From the NCBI GenBank assembly GCA_043228905.1, contig JBHGNT010000017.1:3348001-3412000 (forward strand): a DNA stretch of 64,000 bases, written 5' to 3'. Positions within the stretch are counted from its first letter, which is position 1. Every line of letters starts with the position of its first letter. The position numbers and the translations under genes are program-made. This document shows positions 1-14,600 of this stretch, in pieces. The notes below the pieces were generated by a model. The model was not told where the DNA came from and ran no database searches. It was given only the letters and a program-made list of their open reading frames with translations. Source of the stretch: Azolla caroliniana. Its lineage: Eukaryota > Plantae > Polypodiophyta.

Positions 1-1708
1 CGTCTTAAGACCTAGTCCCCACACCTTGTTAGTTGAAGTTAGCCTAAATGATATGAAAACTAATCAGGCATAGAAAATATGGGTTGTTGGATGCATTCAA
101 AGGCGTTGATGTTGATACATGACTTAATCGTAGTTGATATTAGCCCTAAATGGAAATCCACATTTATGTGGCACTAAAATCATTGAATGCGGATTCTGTT
201 GATGATTGGCAAGAGATTGCTCAAAACTTTCAAGCAACAAAAAGGATGTTTCCAACTAATAACAAAATTGTGCCACATGATATCGAGCTTGAGCATATCA
301 ATCAAGTTGCCACTTGTGCATTCATGTATGAATGAACAATCACGACTTCTTTTGCATTATTAGATTATACTCAAGTGACAATATGGATTATGAGGCAATC
401 AATCGTAAATCTTCATAGCAAAAAGATTATTCTCTAGAAAATTTGAAATCTCCATGTGGCGCGAGATCACATTCTACCAATATCAAAATCAAACAATCAA
501 TCGAATCAAAATTAAAGTGTTATTTTTTTCAAACATATGCATTGTGTACTTTGTATGTACACATTGTTTTTCAACCAAGTAATGTTGGGAAAACTATGTT
601 TACTTGATGGAGCTCATCATAAACCAGTTAAATGGTGGTCCTAAAGGGTTCAAATCATCGGACCCCCATTAGTTTTGTTGCAAGTATTTACATTGTAGTT
701 TATTCTCATATATGGCACTGGTATGGGGATACGACTTTATTGGGTCCCATTTATTCTTTGGGGACCTTGACACTACCTAAATACCTCTGGACCATTCAAG
801 ATCTAGGAGTGAATACAAGAGCATATAGCATTTTGCTCACAAGCTTCATTGTCAACATATAAACAAATTGTAACCTAACATTTTCAACAACTTGAGTACT
901 TTGCAATCCTACGAACATTGTAACCTATTTATTAAATGGCAAAAAATTGACCCACCAAAGTTCAGTGGCAAACAATAAGGTAGTTAGGGTAAGGGCCCTG
1001 CACATCTAGTCTTCTACGTATCGTTCCAATACAATCAAATGTCCATGAATGGACATAGCATCTCTCTCTCTCTCTCTCTCTCTCACTCACTCAATCACTC
1101 ACACATATGTGTGCCCACATTTAGTTTCACAAACCCCAATGATAAAAAAACATAATCAAATACAGAGGTGAATTCCGATATGTGTCTCAAAAAGTAAGTT
1201 GTGACGGATATCTGCCAAGATACGTGCACTGTTATCTATCATTCCAATATGATCAAACCATCTCTCTCTCTCTCAGATCCGCAAACCCTAACTACAAGAA
1301 CATAATCATGTATCAATGCGATAAAAGTAAGCCTCTCGGCTTAGATGATCTATGCATACATATGTGTGTAAATTGTTTGTTATGAATGCATATACATATT
1401 GTCTATGTAGAGTGATCAAAATGAAGGGGTGGGGGCGGTGTATAGACTCTAAACCTTAAAAAGGTATGTATTTTCATCCTCTTCGAGGCTATGGATCTTT
1501 GACTGGTACTTGGTTGATTCAGGGGAAAAGCACAGGGACCTGTTTCACAGGAAAAAACGCGCGCATACAGAGATTGCAGCCATATTTGACACAGAGGTAT
1601 ATGGAGAGAGACAGAGACAGACCGTAGAGAGAGAGAGAGATAAGAGTAGAGAACACAGATAGATACAGATATATATATATATATGAGATAGAGAGTGGAA
1701 AAGAGCAA

Positions 1709-4077
1709 ATGTCCAGAGAGCCCATAGGTACCTCCGGAGCATCATTGTTGTCCTCTTCGTCATCATTGGCATCATCAGCATCACCATTTCCATCTTCATC
1801 CTCATCGCTGATCCCGACACGCTTCTTATGGCCACATGGAGGACTTCGCGTCTTCCTTTGTGGGTCATTCACTGGGTACATCGCTTCCTCCATTCCTCTC
1901 TGTGTTTTTTTTTTGTTTTTTTTTGTTGTAATTTCAGTTTCATTTCACTCTAATTGAGCAATTGGGATGGAGATTAGAATCTCAGATGCTGTCTATGTTG
2001 TTTCTTCTTTTTTTTACCTCTCTCTTGTGGATGCATGCAAAAAAAATAAAATCACATCAATGTTATACGTGGTAAAGAGACACATTTATTGTTTCACAAA
2101 TATCTTTCTTATGATTTCTATATGTTCTTTTCCTGTACAGGTGGCACAAAATGATACAGATGCTACCCGTGGAAGGCTGTCCATCTGTTTTTCAAGCTGT
2201 CATTCCCCTTGCTCCAAATAGCTACCAGGTGCAAAACTTTTCCAGAGTTTGTTTTGACATTTAGAGCACAATTCATTTAAAGAACTAGGGAGAAAAGCAA
2301 TAATGGAGGGGGACAACTTGAAAGTGTTATTGTTAATGGAAACCTCTTTTAAAATATAAAGTCTTAATTTCATTCAATCATTTTGCAGTAGAAATTTACT
2401 CTAATGTGAAAGCAGGCATTATATTAGTCTATAGAGATGACTGTACTATTTATTCCGTATAACTATACAATTCCCTGCCTCTCATGATCTGCATTTATCC
2501 TCTATACTGTTGGCAATACTAAATTGCACAATGTAGCGGCTTGATATTTTGTTGTTAATGATTGGGTTCATACAAAATTGTCAGTTTTATTAAAGCATGA
2601 ATATATCAATATCTAATATGCAGTTTAAATTCATTGTGGATGGTGAATGGAGGCATGATGAGCAACAGCAAATTGTAATCGACACTACAGGAAACTGCAA
2701 CAATTATTTGGTTGTGAAGGAGGTAGAGAGAGGAGCAACTGCACAAGGTGTGGGCCAAGGGAATATGGAGGTTGAAGATGGTGATGTGCATGTAGGAAAT
2801 CTAAGAAATGTAAATATTGCTTGCATATTTATTTGTTATTAATTTATTGTTCATCATTTGTATTACATGAGTTCATACCTAGAAAGTTTACACCCTGCTG
2901 GAAACCTAGGGATACTTGTGTATACACATACTCAAATATCATGTACTAGGAATTTAGGGATGTTTTGGAATATGTTTTATGAAACTTCATGTGGTGGTTC
3001 TAGCTCTCTAAATCAGGTTTCTGACAGTCTCAGAAACTGTCCTTGGAAGGCATCGACAGTGCATCACAGCTTATCATTGATAACTTTTTGAACAACCATA
3101 CAGTGTATGAGATTCTACCAGAATCAGGGAAGGTAATTTTTCTGTCTACTTCACAATTATGTTATCTTTCATGAATAACTTTAAGATCCAACCTAACACA
3201 GCCACATCAATAGTGTCTTAATTTGCACGATAACTCTTGCTATGAACAGGTTGTTGCGCTCGACATTTCAATGCCAATTAAACAGGCATTCCATGTGTTG
3301 TATGAGCAGGTTTCTAAACTCCCTGATTATAGTTTTCTTCTATCAAATGAAAAAATTACAAATCCGTAAGAAATAACTTGTTATCTGATAATGTTATTTT
3401 AAAGCACAGGGAATACCCTTGGCCCCTTTGTGGGATTCTGATCAGCAACAATTTGTGGGAATGTTGACAGCATCCGATTTTGTGGAAATCCTGGTGCAGG
3501 TAAACTTGGCCTAGCTCGTACTCGTTTGTACTTTGTCTTGTCTATATCTTTATATCTGTTGTGCAAGTCCTGAATTTTCTTTGAAGCTACTAGGAAAAGT
3601 CCATGATGCTAAATTGTTTCTTCATCTCTCTTTCTCTCTCTGTCCCTCCCTCCCCCCCCCCACACACACTGACAATGTCCCCAGGAGTCATGATATATTG
3701 AGCATGATAACGGAGACATCGAGTACCAGATACAATGCACATTGGCTATACCAACACCTGATCATGGAAATCATTGGTTACCATGTCCAACCCATCTATA
3801 GGCACCCAAGTTCACTTGGCTAACTTCATTATAACCTCACTCCACTGCCAACCAGCCTCAGATATTATGTCCCCTCACCAGTAGGCATCCCATACATATT
3901 AGTTACGGACTTCATGCTTGTAAACCACCTCAAGAATCGTTCCACTCTGTACATTAGGATCATTATCATGGATCTCTAGGAAACCTAGAGCATTTATTTT
4001 TGTTTCAGTATGGATAAACTGAATTTTGTAATCATAGTTTGTCTTATCGAACATTTTTGGGCTCTAGTAGATGTTAA

Positions 4078-4112
<35 letters not shown>

Positions 4113-7100
4113 GAGGCCTATACCCTACCTGTGTCCCATGCTCTTACTAATCTACGTCCTCCTTTGGAATGTAGGGGTTGAATGCACAACCTTTTTGTCT
4201 CTGCTGGACAACCTTACCAACTGAGCTACGCTTTCTTTCTTAGTCTTTCCCCTCTCTCTCATAAACCAGCTCTTCTCTAAGGGGTAGAAACTTGCAACCA
4301 AGCATTCGATTGGAGAGATCAGTAGTCTTGATGATTTCTTGCCTGATAGGGATTAAAGCATCAGTCCCCATGATAATGGCTGAGATGGGAGCCAGCTTCA
4401 ATGGTGAAATTTTCACTTTCAATCTGTGATTTATATCCAGCAGATTTGGGAATTTCCAAAGCAAACATACTCCAATTTGATGGTTATTTCTCATGAACAC
4501 CTTCAATATTTTCTCTCTCATGCTGGCAAGACATGGAGATATTCATTGTAGAATTGTTCAAATCACGTGGAATAAATATAAATGCACTAGATGGCTCCAA
4601 TATAGCATGGGTTGTCTATACTTATGCATGACCAAAATGGGAAATAAGAGAGTGATCTGAACTTATAATATTAAAATGTAATGAGAGTACATGGATTAGC
4701 CCCACGACTCCTCTTGGTAGGAAGATGTCTTACAATAAGGCCCTCTTTTTACACTTGTTGCAAGATGGATTTAGGTCTTGTTATGCACACCTATGTTTTA
4801 TAGATAGATAGAACATAATAGAATAGAAATTTTATCATGCATGATGAGGCCAATTTTGACCTATGGGACCAAATCAACATATCATCTTGCATGTGACTCA
4901 CCCCTAAGAAGGGGGTTTACTACTCTGTAGTAAAAATTATCGACATGAGAATAATGTATGCACATATGTGGTCACCCTTCGCAGTGGAAATTTGAGTATG
5001 CCACTCACATTATCACGCCTGTTTAACAAGTCATCATTTTTCTCACGAATTACCTAGTACTCCGAGTGTGATAAATAAGTGATATTCATCCTCCACTAGG
5101 TTTTCATTGCGTGCCTTGCATATCTTCATATTTGCGTCATGATGCCATGATGCTACCTCAACACCTAACTTGTGTGAGCAAGTTCAAAGAAGTGTTAAGG
5201 ATCTCCAAGAGCCAGGGCTCATGGGGGTAGTGAGATGAGATTGAATATGTGTTGGCATTTTTTCCTTGTGTTGGGGCCAATATTGGGGGTTAATATTTGC
5301 AATGTAATATTCCAATTTTGACATTTTTGCAACTTGCCATCCTTTGTGCCTCTAGTAATCTATCCTCAATGATCACATACTTCATATCATCACTGAGAGC
5401 TCCAATAGATATTTTATTCCCCATCCTTAAAACCATTTCATAATGTCAAGCATCCATCCAGATGAGAGGATTTTGCTCTTACTAGTTTTTTGTACTTTGC
5501 ATCCTATGCTCCAAGCTTGTTTGGCAATCTATGATCAGGGCATATTCTTGACTTTTGTTATATACTTGTATACTCTTTACATGGCTAGTACCTCTATGGG
5601 CGAAGCACATGTTTCTAACAGCAGGATAGGATAAGATGTTGAGGATTTTATCCACAATTGAGATAGTGCCACCCCTCACTAACATTCCATAAAGCAACAT
5701 TGGACTACCATAGCATTGAATATGACCAACCTCACTTCCCATCCTCAAGTATCACTTTGGCTACATTGATTCTCGAACATATAGTAACTATTCCAACTTG
5801 CTTGAAGCCATGATTCATAGCATACATTCCACCTGTTTGTAGATTGATCTCTCTCATGCTCTATGTACTGTGATAGGGAAAATCAGGACAATTAGAAATT
5901 GCGACAGGTTTATCTGCTCACAAAACTTTGGGAGAGCAAATTTGCCATCTGTACCCTTTGGATGTGGAATAAGAGGAATACTATGTTTGCCATGTTTTTT
6001 TTTCATGAAATAAGTGGAATATACAACTACCTCTTCAAGCAAGGCTCTGGTCTACTGTGGAGGATAATGGAATATGAAGAACAACAATGTTTGTGACTAT
6101 CCTTGCTACAAATCAAGAGACATAGAGAGAAGTTGTCAAAAGGCAACAATTAGGGCTGTCACAACCTGCATCAGCACCATCAGTCCTCACGCTACAAGTC
6201 AATCAAAAAATACATAAATCGGTTCTTGACCACAACATTTGAAATTGTTTACAATAGATTAGGCCACATCCATCTCTGTCATGGTCCTATCATCCTTGTT
6301 ATTGACAAATCAAGGCCATTATCACCCAACACTTAAAGTGCTTTCCTCATTTTGGAGAACTCTTCATCTTACATTAGCCCATGCTGGAAATATTTCAAAG
6401 GCAGAAGTTCCGGTGCTCTTTTGAAGGCAGAACTTTTGGAGCTTCTAAGCTTAGAAATTAAATGCTTAGCTAATGACAATATCTAAGCTAAGAAGTTGCA
6501 GTTCCTTGAAGCTAAAAATCTTGGTTCATGAGAATATGCGGTGTGTTAAGCAGTTTTACTAGTCTTGCAGATTTATATAGGATAACATTTTAAGATGTAA
6601 TCTCTAGTCTAGCTTGTTGTATGTATCAATTTCAGGTCAAGAGCTCGTTAATATTGTTTTTTATTTTTTTGGGGGGGAGGAGGTTTCACTGGCGATTTTG
6701 GCATCTCAGAACAATCTCCCACTGATCTAGTTTTTGTGAATTCTTGAGATTGCCCTCAAACGTTTACAAGTTTTACTTCTACGTATTTTTCCTCTACCAG
6801 TCTTCGAAGCCAAAGTTTGTCTTGGTTATGATTTGTACGTGTAAAAAATCTGGAATTCCATCTTTTGAGTTAGTTACTGAAGGTAAATCATCATTTGGTA
6901 ACTTGATTCTGTAGATCAACCATTCCATAACATGAGCGAGGGTTGTTTTGTTTTAGTTCTTGCTTTTCTTCTCACACAAGCATGTCTATGATGTAGTGAC
7001 CAAAATTGTGACGTTTAAAGATTTTTCAATACTTATTCCAGCTTGGAAGCCAGCGGGCAACTCTATCTGAGGAGGAATTGGAAACGCACACTATAGCTGC

Positions 7101-10100
7101 ATGGAAAGATGGAAAAATCAGGAGTGGAGAGAAGATGCTTAGAAGACGCTGTCTTCATTATGTGAGATTCACTCGTTTTATTTTAGCATTTCCAACTGTG
7201 AATATGTATTGCATTTTAATCATCAAGTGGGTGTGATGTATGTATTTTTTGACTTCTGTGAAGCAGTGCCCGTAGCATGTCTGCAAGCTTTATGGATTGA
7301 GTTCAGATGCATGTTTGCATGCATATAGTTGGATACTGTACTGTTGTACACCTAAAATGCTCTAAAGAAGCAATCTTTGATACTATTGAAGATAATTCCA
7401 GGTCTTGGAGGATTAATAGAATATGTGATGCATCGATATCACTAGTTATAACCTGAGAAGGGGCATTTTCTTAAATCATGCACTTAAGTGCATATCATTA
7501 ATTATAAACAATGCATTGTTGACATAGATATCTGCTGGGATCAGTGAACATTCAAGTCAAGTATTGACAGTAATGCAAAATGACATGGCCTTAGAATGGC
7601 CAAATTCATATGCATCGTGGAATATTTGAAAGGGAAATTGCAGTATGATGCTGCTAGGAAGATCTTGCATGGGGTTTAGATTCTCAACTTGCTGGAACTA
7701 GTGAATAAGGATGGACCATGACATTGGCATGACCATTCTGTTTAGTATATCCTCATTGATGTGCATGCCAAGTTCCACTCAAAGCCAGAAGAGTAAAAGT
7801 ATAGAATCAACTATTCTATTTTTTGTAAGTTCATTGACTTGGGAGAGTCCTTTGGTAACATTAGTACTGAAGTAGGCAAAGGCTTCCATAGGAAGATGGA
7901 ATACATACATCCTGTACAAGTTAATAAAGCTAAGTTGACATCACTAAATAAATTGAAGATCTGTGATAATTTTGAGGTCTCTTTGGCTTTTAATTTTGTA
8001 TGTTCTAGGGTTTCCTTAAGTTACTGATATGAGAGCCAGACAGAAGTTAATATATAATATTTCCCAGGACTGGTCCTTCCCATCTTCCCTGTCAAGGGTC
8101 CGTGGTCTGCTTTGCTTCTCTTAATTTGCATCGGTATTGCACCGACATCTTGAATCTGATGTATGAAGAAATGTATTTTGCTCCTATTTTTAGGTGCACA
8201 TCTTTGGGTTGAGATTGTTGAAGACGAGGAGATGTGATTGGTGATAATTGAGCTAATTTGTTGGCAATATAAATTGTGACTTTGAAACTTGGCTACTAGA
8301 AACAAATTCTCATATATAGACTTTCAATACTGATAACGATGTCCCCATTCATTATGATTAGGTCACTTCGGATGACTCCTTGAAGGAGGTGGCACAGAAA
8401 CTGTTGCACCATCAGGTGACCTCTGTGCCTGTTCTCTATTTCCCAGCCCAGGAGAAAAAATTGCCACAACTTTTGCATCTGGCCACTCTCTCAGATGTTT
8501 TAAAATGTAAGGGGATTATTATGCTTCTCAGATTAATTGGATAAATATATGCGTGTCCTGAATACACTAATTTCCTTCAATCAAAAAGCTTTTTTTGTCA
8601 ACTCTTGGAGTTCGGGAGATCCCTTCACATAGGAACGACCAGATTTCTCTAATTTGCAATTAGTGGTGTATGCAGGTGTATGTAGACATTTTCAGCATTC
8701 ACTTGGATCATTACCACTTCTTAATCAGCCAATTGGTTCTTTGCCATTGGGAACATGGAGAGGCGATAGTCCTAATCAGCAGCTTGCAGTGCTCAGGGCA
8801 ACTTCTCCTCTAAGCACTGCACTAGCAGTTCTCAATCAAGGTTTCAAACCTTCACCTGAATAATTGGCATGATCATTTCATATTACGTTTCTATCAGTAC
8901 CAAGCCCATTCAAAATAATAACAATTTGCATCATACTTGTTGGCTTCTCTTCTCATTGTTATATACTGTCCACAATAACAATCAAGGTTTGGAAACGGGA
9001 ATTCTTATGCCGTGTCCATAATCACCTGATTTTAGGGATAATGGAGAATAAAGTTATGATTAACCTGACATGGTGTTCTTTTATTTTTATTTACAGTCAT
9101 TCAAATTGTGTTGTATTAGTTTCTCAGGTTTTAGAACAATGCTTATAAATTACAGAAGGGAATGGAAAATTGTGCTTTTTCATTTTGCAGGAGTGAGTTC
9201 GATACCAATTGTAGATGAGAATGGATCTTTGGTTGATGTCTATGCAAGAAGGTTTGCCCTTATTCTACTCTAATCCTTCTGGAATTGAATTGAACATATC
9301 TTTGGCAGGTTCATGAGTAATTGAGGCGTGTGCACATATATGTACATAGATAAATAAATAAATCTATCAGAATTTACAGATGTAAATATGGCCTATGAAG
9401 AAAATTCTACAGGGGTTTTAATAGGATTCTGAGACCCCCTGTCTTTCGCTGAGTCTCTCTATGAGCACATATGTGCATGCATGCATTCTTAGGAAGGAGT
9501 CACACACAAGATGATATGTTGATTTGGTCGCATTGGTCAAAATTGGCCTCTTAGACAGAACCATCTTTTTTTTTTGTGTCATTTAAATCACTAAAGAATC
9601 CGAAACTCTGTTGGTTTCTGTTTAAATATGAGAACAAAAACTCAAAAGAAACGAATGTTATAATTCAAGAGTGCATGTTAGCACGTTGTGATAACTAACA
9701 TTTGAAAAAGGGAAGAGATTTTTAATTATGTAGAGATGTTTTGAACTGTGGCTTTTGCATGTTTTTCTTTTCCAGTGACATTATAGCTCTGGCAAGGGAC
9801 AATACATATGTGCATGTGCAGCTCGAGCATCTGACAGTTGAACAAGTGAGAACTTTCACGCATTAATTTGAGTAACCAGCAACTAATTGTATTCTACATA
9901 TATTGATTTTCTTGGATGTTTGAATATGAATGGACGGATCTTCTCTCGGCTTGTTCTAAACCAAAGAACACCAAAGTCTACCTCAAGAAATAAATTTTCT
10001 TTTATGAGCTGGGTGAATGTTTTGATAAGCCAAAAAGGAACATTGTAATATACAATTCGTTTTGAAATGGAGTCAGAGTTGTTTATGCTTAGAGGTGTCC

Positions 10101-10497
10101 TTTTCATTTTGATGCATTCCGTAAGATACAATGTCACCCATGAAATAGTGTCAGCTTTCACGTTGCAGAGCTTCATAATAACATTATGTTGGAATCTATG
10201 ACAGGCTTTGCAGTTGATGCATGATGGAAGAAGTTCAGTAGGGACGACTCCTGTTTTAAGATGCCAGATGTGCCTTCGCACTGATGCCTTACAGGTCATA
10301 TTGGAGCGGTTGGCAATACCTGGTAGGTTTCTTCCTTTAAAGAATTTATATTAATGCTAGAACTTACCATTATCCAGAGAATGAGCTTTGCATGTTCTTT
10401 TGCAGGTGTTCGTAGAATTATTTGTGTAGAAGCAGGGAGTCGGCAGATCGAAGGCATTATTACATTGAGTGATGTCTTTAAATTTCTTCTCAGCTAG
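1709..10497 (+). CDS. SNF4: SnRK1 beta-gamma regulatory subunit (SNF4-like; N-terminal carbohydrate-binding module + CBS domains), 13 coding exons
   Basis: Spliced by eye with GT-AG introns: 1709-1875, 2141-2228, 2624-2791, 3028-3132, 3250-3309, 3410-3499, 7042-7161, 8362-8506, 8676-8840, 9191-9251, 9776-9845, 10205-10322, 10406-10497. Motifs [77 protein letters not shown] and [14 protein letters not shown] match plant KINbetagamma. Confidence 0.93.
4800..5830 (-). mobile_element. Degenerate 3' fragment of an RTE-X-like non-LTR retrotransposon in SNF4 intron 6
   Basis: Minus-strand translation gives [33 protein letters not shown] (SH.L.xE..W..C..VEDEYH-type C-terminus) and IFNAMV/PMLLYG. It ends in GGTCCCATAGGTCAAAATTGG plus a TCTAT/TCTA simple-repeat tail. 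Homologous to 43490-44440. Confidence 0.6.
9488..9560 (+). mobile_element. Short 3'-terminal fragment of the same RTE-X-like family (SNF4 intron 10)
   Basis: aggaaggagtcacacacaagatgatatgttgatttggtcgcattggtcaaaattggcctc matches the reverse complement of ~4847-4915. Confidence 0.5.
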
Positions 10498-11669
10498 TCT
10501 GGAGCAGCCTATTTTTTTTCGTGTACATGCATATATTCTACACTCAGTAAGCAAAGTGCCAATGTGGTCTTTGCAAGCATTTCATGTGTAATTCTTGATC
10601 TTTTTAGTATATTTCCATCTCGTGATGCTCCGAAAGCAACTTACAATTGGGTAATGTTAAAGATAACATTCTTGGGATCGATGGATTTTTTCATGGTCTA
10701 CAGGAGTATAAGTATAGGCATTAATATTTGAGAGTTCAGTTGTGACTGTGTCTCATGACTCTTTAAGTTCTAACTGATACTTCCAGTAATAGCCTAAAAA
10801 GCAATGGTTAAAGAGGACAAATAGTCCTGCGGTCTGGCAGTGAATTGTAATTACTATTGGGTTTTGAATAGACATAATAATAGCATTTTGTTCTACTGAT
10901 TCTGCAGCAAACATATTTGTCCTGTGCTGTGATAGGAAACAGACCTGAAACCTATTGCGTAAGCATGGATTTTAGCATGAAACCGAAATGTTATGAAGCA
11001 AACTTGAACCCATTGTGTAATCATGGAATTTAGGATGAAACTGTGCTAGTGACAATGCAAATGATACGTATAGGCTTTCTATATGTAGTTTTCAAATTCT
11101 ACATTGGCCAATAAACCAAACTGGCAACAAGAGTCTGGTACACAAGAAGGCTTCATGTATACAGTTAAATCATAGGTTTAATATGGTATGTATCATGCTA
11201 AAATAACTTGTAAATGGGTTCAAATAGTCTACAGTCACATGACTTTTAAGCCTTTATAGTACAAACAGGAGGCATAACCAATGACATATAAACATTTTAG
11301 GGATATCATCACAGTTTGGGACATAAACGTAAAATTTGAAGGACTATTCATGGTAATCTGTTAACATTGAAAACCTAAACACAAAGTCGTAACAATGATA
11401 ACCTTAAGCTCAAAAGTAAAGAAAAATTGCATACGGCGGACCCATCAGAAACATGTTTGTTTACACATTACATCATTTCAAAGTCTATAGGTGAGATTCT
11501 TTAAGTAAGCCAACCAGTAGAATCACCCTATATTTCCTTTTTTGTGGGGAAGGGGTGGAACCATTTAGAAAGAACAGCCTATGTTAGACCAAGCCAGGAT
11601 TTCAGCCAATTAGAAACTGAATGGTTTTTATATATTGTAACAAGAGAGAGGGTTCTGGAGGACGTTGCT

Positions 11670-14600
11670 TCATTCTTCCTCTTCTACCTCTTCCTCTTCT
11701 TGAAGGAGGTTCTCTCTATTGTCATGAGCCCAAAACCCTCGCACATCTGTTAACATGCTTGCCACAGTACCTCCTTGTCTGCACTGAAGCAAGTCTTGCA
11801 ATGTAAGCCTCAAAGGATCCTGAGGTTTCACCATGTCCCAAATCTCATCCCTAACATCCTCAATACAAAGGTCGTAATTCCCACCTTCAATCCACTTCCG
11901 ATGCACATCCCTACAAAAAAAAAGCACATAAAAAACAGGTAAATAAATTCAAGCAAAACCTCTTTTGGATCTCTGTAGCAACCTCCACCAGTGCACCAGT
12001 GCACACATTCACGATGGAAATGTCAGTTTCAGGAAACACAAATATGGCAATACCTTTCTTTATTTGAGAAAATCTTATGTGGACTAGAATATGATAGAAG
12101 CTTAAATGGTTTGGTGGAACTATGAGCCAGATTAAAAGCATGATAACTTTCACGGCAGATAAGAAAATGTATAGAAATATTGAGAGCATTTGCCTGAACA
12201 GTGTATGAATATCCACTGTGGTTAAAAATCCTCGATTCTGCAAATCCAGACATCGAAACAAGTAAGTCAAACCCTCTGATGTATCCTTATTCTCGAGCGC
12301 CAATACAAAGTCTAAAAAGCTCTCGAAGTCCATTTCTCGACCACTTCCTCCACTGCTCCTACTCCGTCTCACATGCTCATCAAAAACTGCACCCAAGTAG
12401 TGGTTTATAAATTTCTTTGTATCGCAGAGACATGCAATGATAACGCCATGAGAGATTGAATGTGATTCTACTGGAACAATCAAAGTCTTGAAACTAACCA
12501 CGTTCAATGAAGATCTCCGTAAGTGTGCCTTCAGCATACTCTTGAAGTTCTTGTTTGCTTAAAGTTCCATTCATATCTTTGTCCAACGACAAGAACACAT
12601 CTGCAGACATGTGTTCCATCAAGAATATCAAATCCAAAACTGAAACCATATGGCATTAGATAACGTGCCTAATCTAACAGCTACAATTATGGACGAGTGG
12701 ATTGTCGTTGACCCTTACCACATATTCGTTGAGCACTCCCCAAAGAGAACCAATTCTCTGTCTGCTCTCCTTCAGCTGCTTCATCCTCCACTTCCTACAT
12801 TAGAATACAAAATATTTTTGAGAGTATAGAAATAACAAAAGATGTAGTTCACAATCAGTAATTTCAACAGCACCTGGTGAAGTTCCATCAATTCTGCGAG
12901 GCAATTGCTCAAAAGAACCTTCTTTATACAGAGTTTTCCTGCAAATAAATGACTGGTACAGTTGACAGATGTGTTGGGTCTAGTAAATAAATAGGCAAAA
13001 ATAGACACTTGGTTTTTTCTATACATGAAAAATGGATAGGTATATACAAGATACCTCGCCTATGTGGATCACAAAAGAAGAAGAATTTTCGCACCGCTAT
13101 ACGGCAATACATTGGCAAGAATGGCCCTGGAATATCCCTGAGTTGTGCTAAGTTAGGGATAAGGCCCCTGATGTATGACTCCATTTCCTTAAGAATAATT
13201 AAGATGAAACTGAAATATTTTAGTACAAATACCTGAAGTAATGTAGCAAATGCCAGAAAAGCATAGAAAACAAATAATATTTGGCTTAAATCTATAAAAT
13301 TGGCCGGGATTCTTCTTTCTCATTTATCCAGATTTATGCACCCCACAGATTGTTTCAAAATCATCGGTAATATCTCTGAAACACTCTATATTTGCTTCCT
13401 TGCTTAGTCATTATCATACATAACATCCCACATGCAATTAAATAATTATGCTCTTGTTATGAATTAATAATTCAGGAGTTCAAGCAATAAATAAATAAAC
13501 CTTCAAATCCAATGTATAATCTATTTAAAAAGAAAAGACACAGAAAATTCAAAACCAGTAGCAAGCTACCCATTCAATAAAGTCTGCTGAAGTATATGGA
13601 CGATATATGCTATGAAAATACCTGAGGTTGCAAAAAACCATCAGCATCCTCATCAAGTTCACTCATGTCAATGCGTGCTTGCGTTAATGAAACCTGGGAA
13701 GTCCAAAACATTTATGCATAAATTTTCTGTTGCAGAAGAACTCTCTAGCATACATAAGGTACACTATCAATTCCTTACAGTGCGCATCACATATAAATAG
13801 AATGGCAAGATGGCGATTCTTCCAAATTCATCCTTTTCAAACTTCATAAAGTTAGATGGGCAAAAAAAACGTCGACATTTTGAACCAATTTGCTCTGCGC
13901 ATATGGTTGCTATGTGACAGAAATCTTCATAATTCATCTGCAGTTCACAGGAATGAAGTAAGCATATATATATATATATATATAACCTATAGCTTGTCGA
14001 TCTTAAAGTGGTGTACACGAGCTACATAACACATACTAACAGAAATCAAAAGTTTCTTGAATTAAGTAATATTGCACTAAAAATTAGGATAGAAGCAATC
14101 ATGAATCTGCGTGGCATTCCTCCAGACAAAGAAAACTTTTCTAGAGTTCTAGATGAATAAAAAAAATGCCAAGAACCAGGTTCATAATTGTCCCAACCAT
14201 TACAGCATCGTCTAAACCTGTGAACAACCGAACTGCCCACGTAGGTTTAAGACAACAAAAAAATTTGCCTTCGACCCATGAAAAATCAAATTGAGGGGGA
14301 TGGTCCATGTACTTGCTGCATATTCTTCTTCATCAAAAGAGACATGGTTTACTGGACCAAAATATAATATTTGCTTGATTCTTAACAACTTTGGAAAATA
14401 AATAGACCTTACCAATTTCTGCAGTATAAGAATCATGTATTTCAAGAATATGAAAATGCTTAGAAGTTCTACATTATGATTTATTTCATTTGCATCCTTC
14501 AGTGTATGCTTTAAAATCAGTTGTTTAATTCACAAAACAGTTGGGAAAAGACCTAGAGAATCTTTCCTATCCAGAAAAACGTACAAACCTTCTCAGCACC

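Noticed and set aside
1-1000. Possible decayed transposase at the window start (also 48850-50310)
   Set aside because: Only short ORFs with no motif I could identify; a tBLASTx search against TE libraries would be needed.
1519-1893. Acidic minus-strand ORF (DEDEDG...)
   Set aside because: It is the antisense of the Ser-rich first exon of SNF4 plus upstream microsatellites.
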